From Chiloscyllium plagiosum (Eukaryota), in assembly GCF_004010195.1 (NCBI RefSeq), contig NC_057719.1:23099265-23133687 (forward strand): DNA of 34,423 bases. The letters are read 5' to 3'. The translations under genes and the position numbers were made by a program. Shown here piece by piece: positions 33,104 to 34,423 of the stretch. The notes under the pieces are model-generated. The model did not search any database, was not told the origin of the DNA, and saw nothing but the letters and a program-made list of their open reading frames with translations. Each line of letters starts with the position of its first letter. Positions within the stretch are counted from its first letter, which is position 1.

Positions 33104-34030
33104 ATGGCAGCGCAGGCAGTGGAATGTTCCTCCTGCAGGATGTTTGAGGTAGGGGTGACCACCGATGCTCCTGCCGACTTCATCTGCAGGAAGTGCAGCC
33201 AGCTCCAGCTCCTCACAGACCGCGTTAGGGAACTGGAGCTGGGGTTGGATGAACTGAGAATTATTCGAGAGGCTGAGAGGCTGATATTTAGAAGCTACAG
33301 GGACCTAGTTATGCCAGAGAACAGAGGTAGCTGGGTAACAGTTAGAGGTGGGAAAGGGAGGAAGCAGGCAGTGCAGGGATCCCCTGTGGTCGTTCCCCTC
33401 AACAATAAGTATACCGCTTTGGATACTGTTGGGGGGGACAGCCTAGCAGGGGTAAGCTGCAGTGACCGGGTCTCTGGCACGAGGTCCAGCTCTGAGGCTC
33501 AGAAGGGAAAGGGGGCGAGGAGGAGGGTGCTAGTAATAGGGGACTCTATAGTTAGAGGGACAGACAAGCAGTTCTGTGGACATGGGCGAGGCTCTTGGTT
33601 GGTTTGTGGCCTCCCGGGTGCCAGGGTCCGAGATGTCTCGGACCATGTCTTCAGAATCCTTAAGGGGGAGGGTGTGCAGCCAGAAGTCGTGGTGCACATT
33701 GGCACCAACGACATAGGTAGGAAGAGGGGTGGGGAGGTCATTCAGGAGCTCAGGGAGTTAGATTGGAAGCTAAAAGCTAGCACAGACAGAGTCGTCATCT
33801 CTGGGTTGTTGCCGGTGCCACGTGACAGTGAGGCAAGGAATAGGGAGAGAGTGCAGTTAAACACATGGCTGCAAGGATGGTATAGGAGGGAGGGCTTCAG
33901 GTATTTGGACAATTGGACTGCATTCTGGGGAAGGTGGGACCTGTACAAGCAGGACAGATTGAACCTGAACCAGAAGGGCACCAATATCCTGGGAGGTAGG
34001 TTTGCTAGCACTCTTCGGGGGTTAAACTAA
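33104..34030 (+). CDS. CR1 LINE ORF1 protein (308 aa from the first ATG): zinc finger, leucine zipper, SGNH esterase
   Basis: CSSC...CRKC; heptad region LQLLTDRVRELELGLDEL; SGNH blocks VIGDSIVRG, LPGA, HIGTND and DRLNLN. The ORF track starts at TTG 33083, but the ATG is at 33104. Confidence 0.93.
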   Translation: MAAQAVECSSCRMFEVGVTTDAPADFICRKCSQLQLLTDRVRELELGLDELRIIREAERLIFRSYRDLVMPENRGSWVTVRGGKGRKQAVQGSPVVVPLNNKYTALDTVGGDSLAGVSCSDRVSGTRSSSEAQKGKGARRRVLVIGDSIVRGTDKQFCGHGRGSWLVCGLPGARVRDVSDHVFRILKGEGVQPEVVVHIGTNDIGRKRGGEVIQELRELDWKLKASTDRVVISGLLPVPRDSEARNRERVQLNTWLQGWYRREGFRYLDNWTAFWGRWDLYKQDRLNLNQKGTNILGGRFASTLRGLN

Positions 34031-34423
34031 TTTGGCAGGGGGATGGGATCCGGACTTGTAGTCCAGTAAGTAGGTTAGCTGTTTTTCAGAATGTTCAAGA
34101 ATGTAGGGAGGCTGTGGAGAAGGTAGCACTGACAGGGAATAATTGCAGACACAGAGATGGGTTCAAGTGTGTATACTTCAATGCAAGGAGTATCAGAAAT
34201 AAGGTGGGTGAACTTAAGGCGTGGATTGGTACTTGGGACTACGATGTTGTGGCCATCACAGAAATGTGGATAGAAGAGGGACAGGAATGGTTGTTGGAGG
34301 TTCCTGGTTACAGATGTTTCAGTAAGATTAGGGAGGGTGGTAAAAAAGGAGGGGGTGTGGCGTTGCTAATTAGAAATGGTATAATGGCTGCAGAAAGGCA
34401 GTTCGAGGGGGATCTGCCTTTGG
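34009..34423 (+). CDS. CR1 LINE ORF2 N-terminus (APE-type endonuclease), partial
   Basis: The frame is open from after TAG at 34006 to the window end: ...FKCVYFNARSIRNKVGELKAWIGTWDYDVVAITEMW...PGYRCF...KGGGVALLIR. These match APE motifs N.RS, D.V..TETW and GGGVA. Confidence 0.92.

Larger units (their letters stand above)
32782..34423 (+). mobile_element. Young CR1-clade (HER1-like) LINE, 5' part: 5'UTR, ORF1, start of ORF2; continues past the right edge
   Basis: Abrupt rise in GC/CpG at 32782, a duplicated 5'UTR unit, an open ORF1 and an open endonuclease frame. Confidence 0.93.

Noticed and set aside
33295..34011. Minus-strand ORFs opposite ORF1
   Set aside because: Antisense shadows of the CR1 ORF1 coding sequence.

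Overview
This window is repeat-rich, AT-rich eukaryotic DNA, intergenic or intronic, and almost certainly from a shark (elasmobranch). The assignment rests on my recollection of the HE1 SINE, HER1/CR1 LINE and Penelope-like families; no search was run. No host protein-coding gene can be supported. The left edge holds the 5' LTR of a young LTR retroelement on the minus strand (77-741), with a tRNA-Trp primer-binding site, TATA/CCAAT/GC boxes, a poly(A) signal and a CpG-rich 43-bp U3 array. The right edge holds the 5' part of a young CR1-clade LINE: a duplicated 5'UTR, an open zinc-finger/leucine-zipper/SGNH-esterase ORF1 and the start of the ORF2 endonuclease. Between them lie many decayed CR1/L2 fragments, SINEs, a solo LTR, a 58-bp minisatellite, a ~285-bp fold-back element and several Penelope-derived palindromes carrying minimal hammerhead-ribozyme-like motifs. 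Two short segments appear copied from nearby DNA into older repeats. Boundaries of decayed repeats are approximate, within tens of bp.
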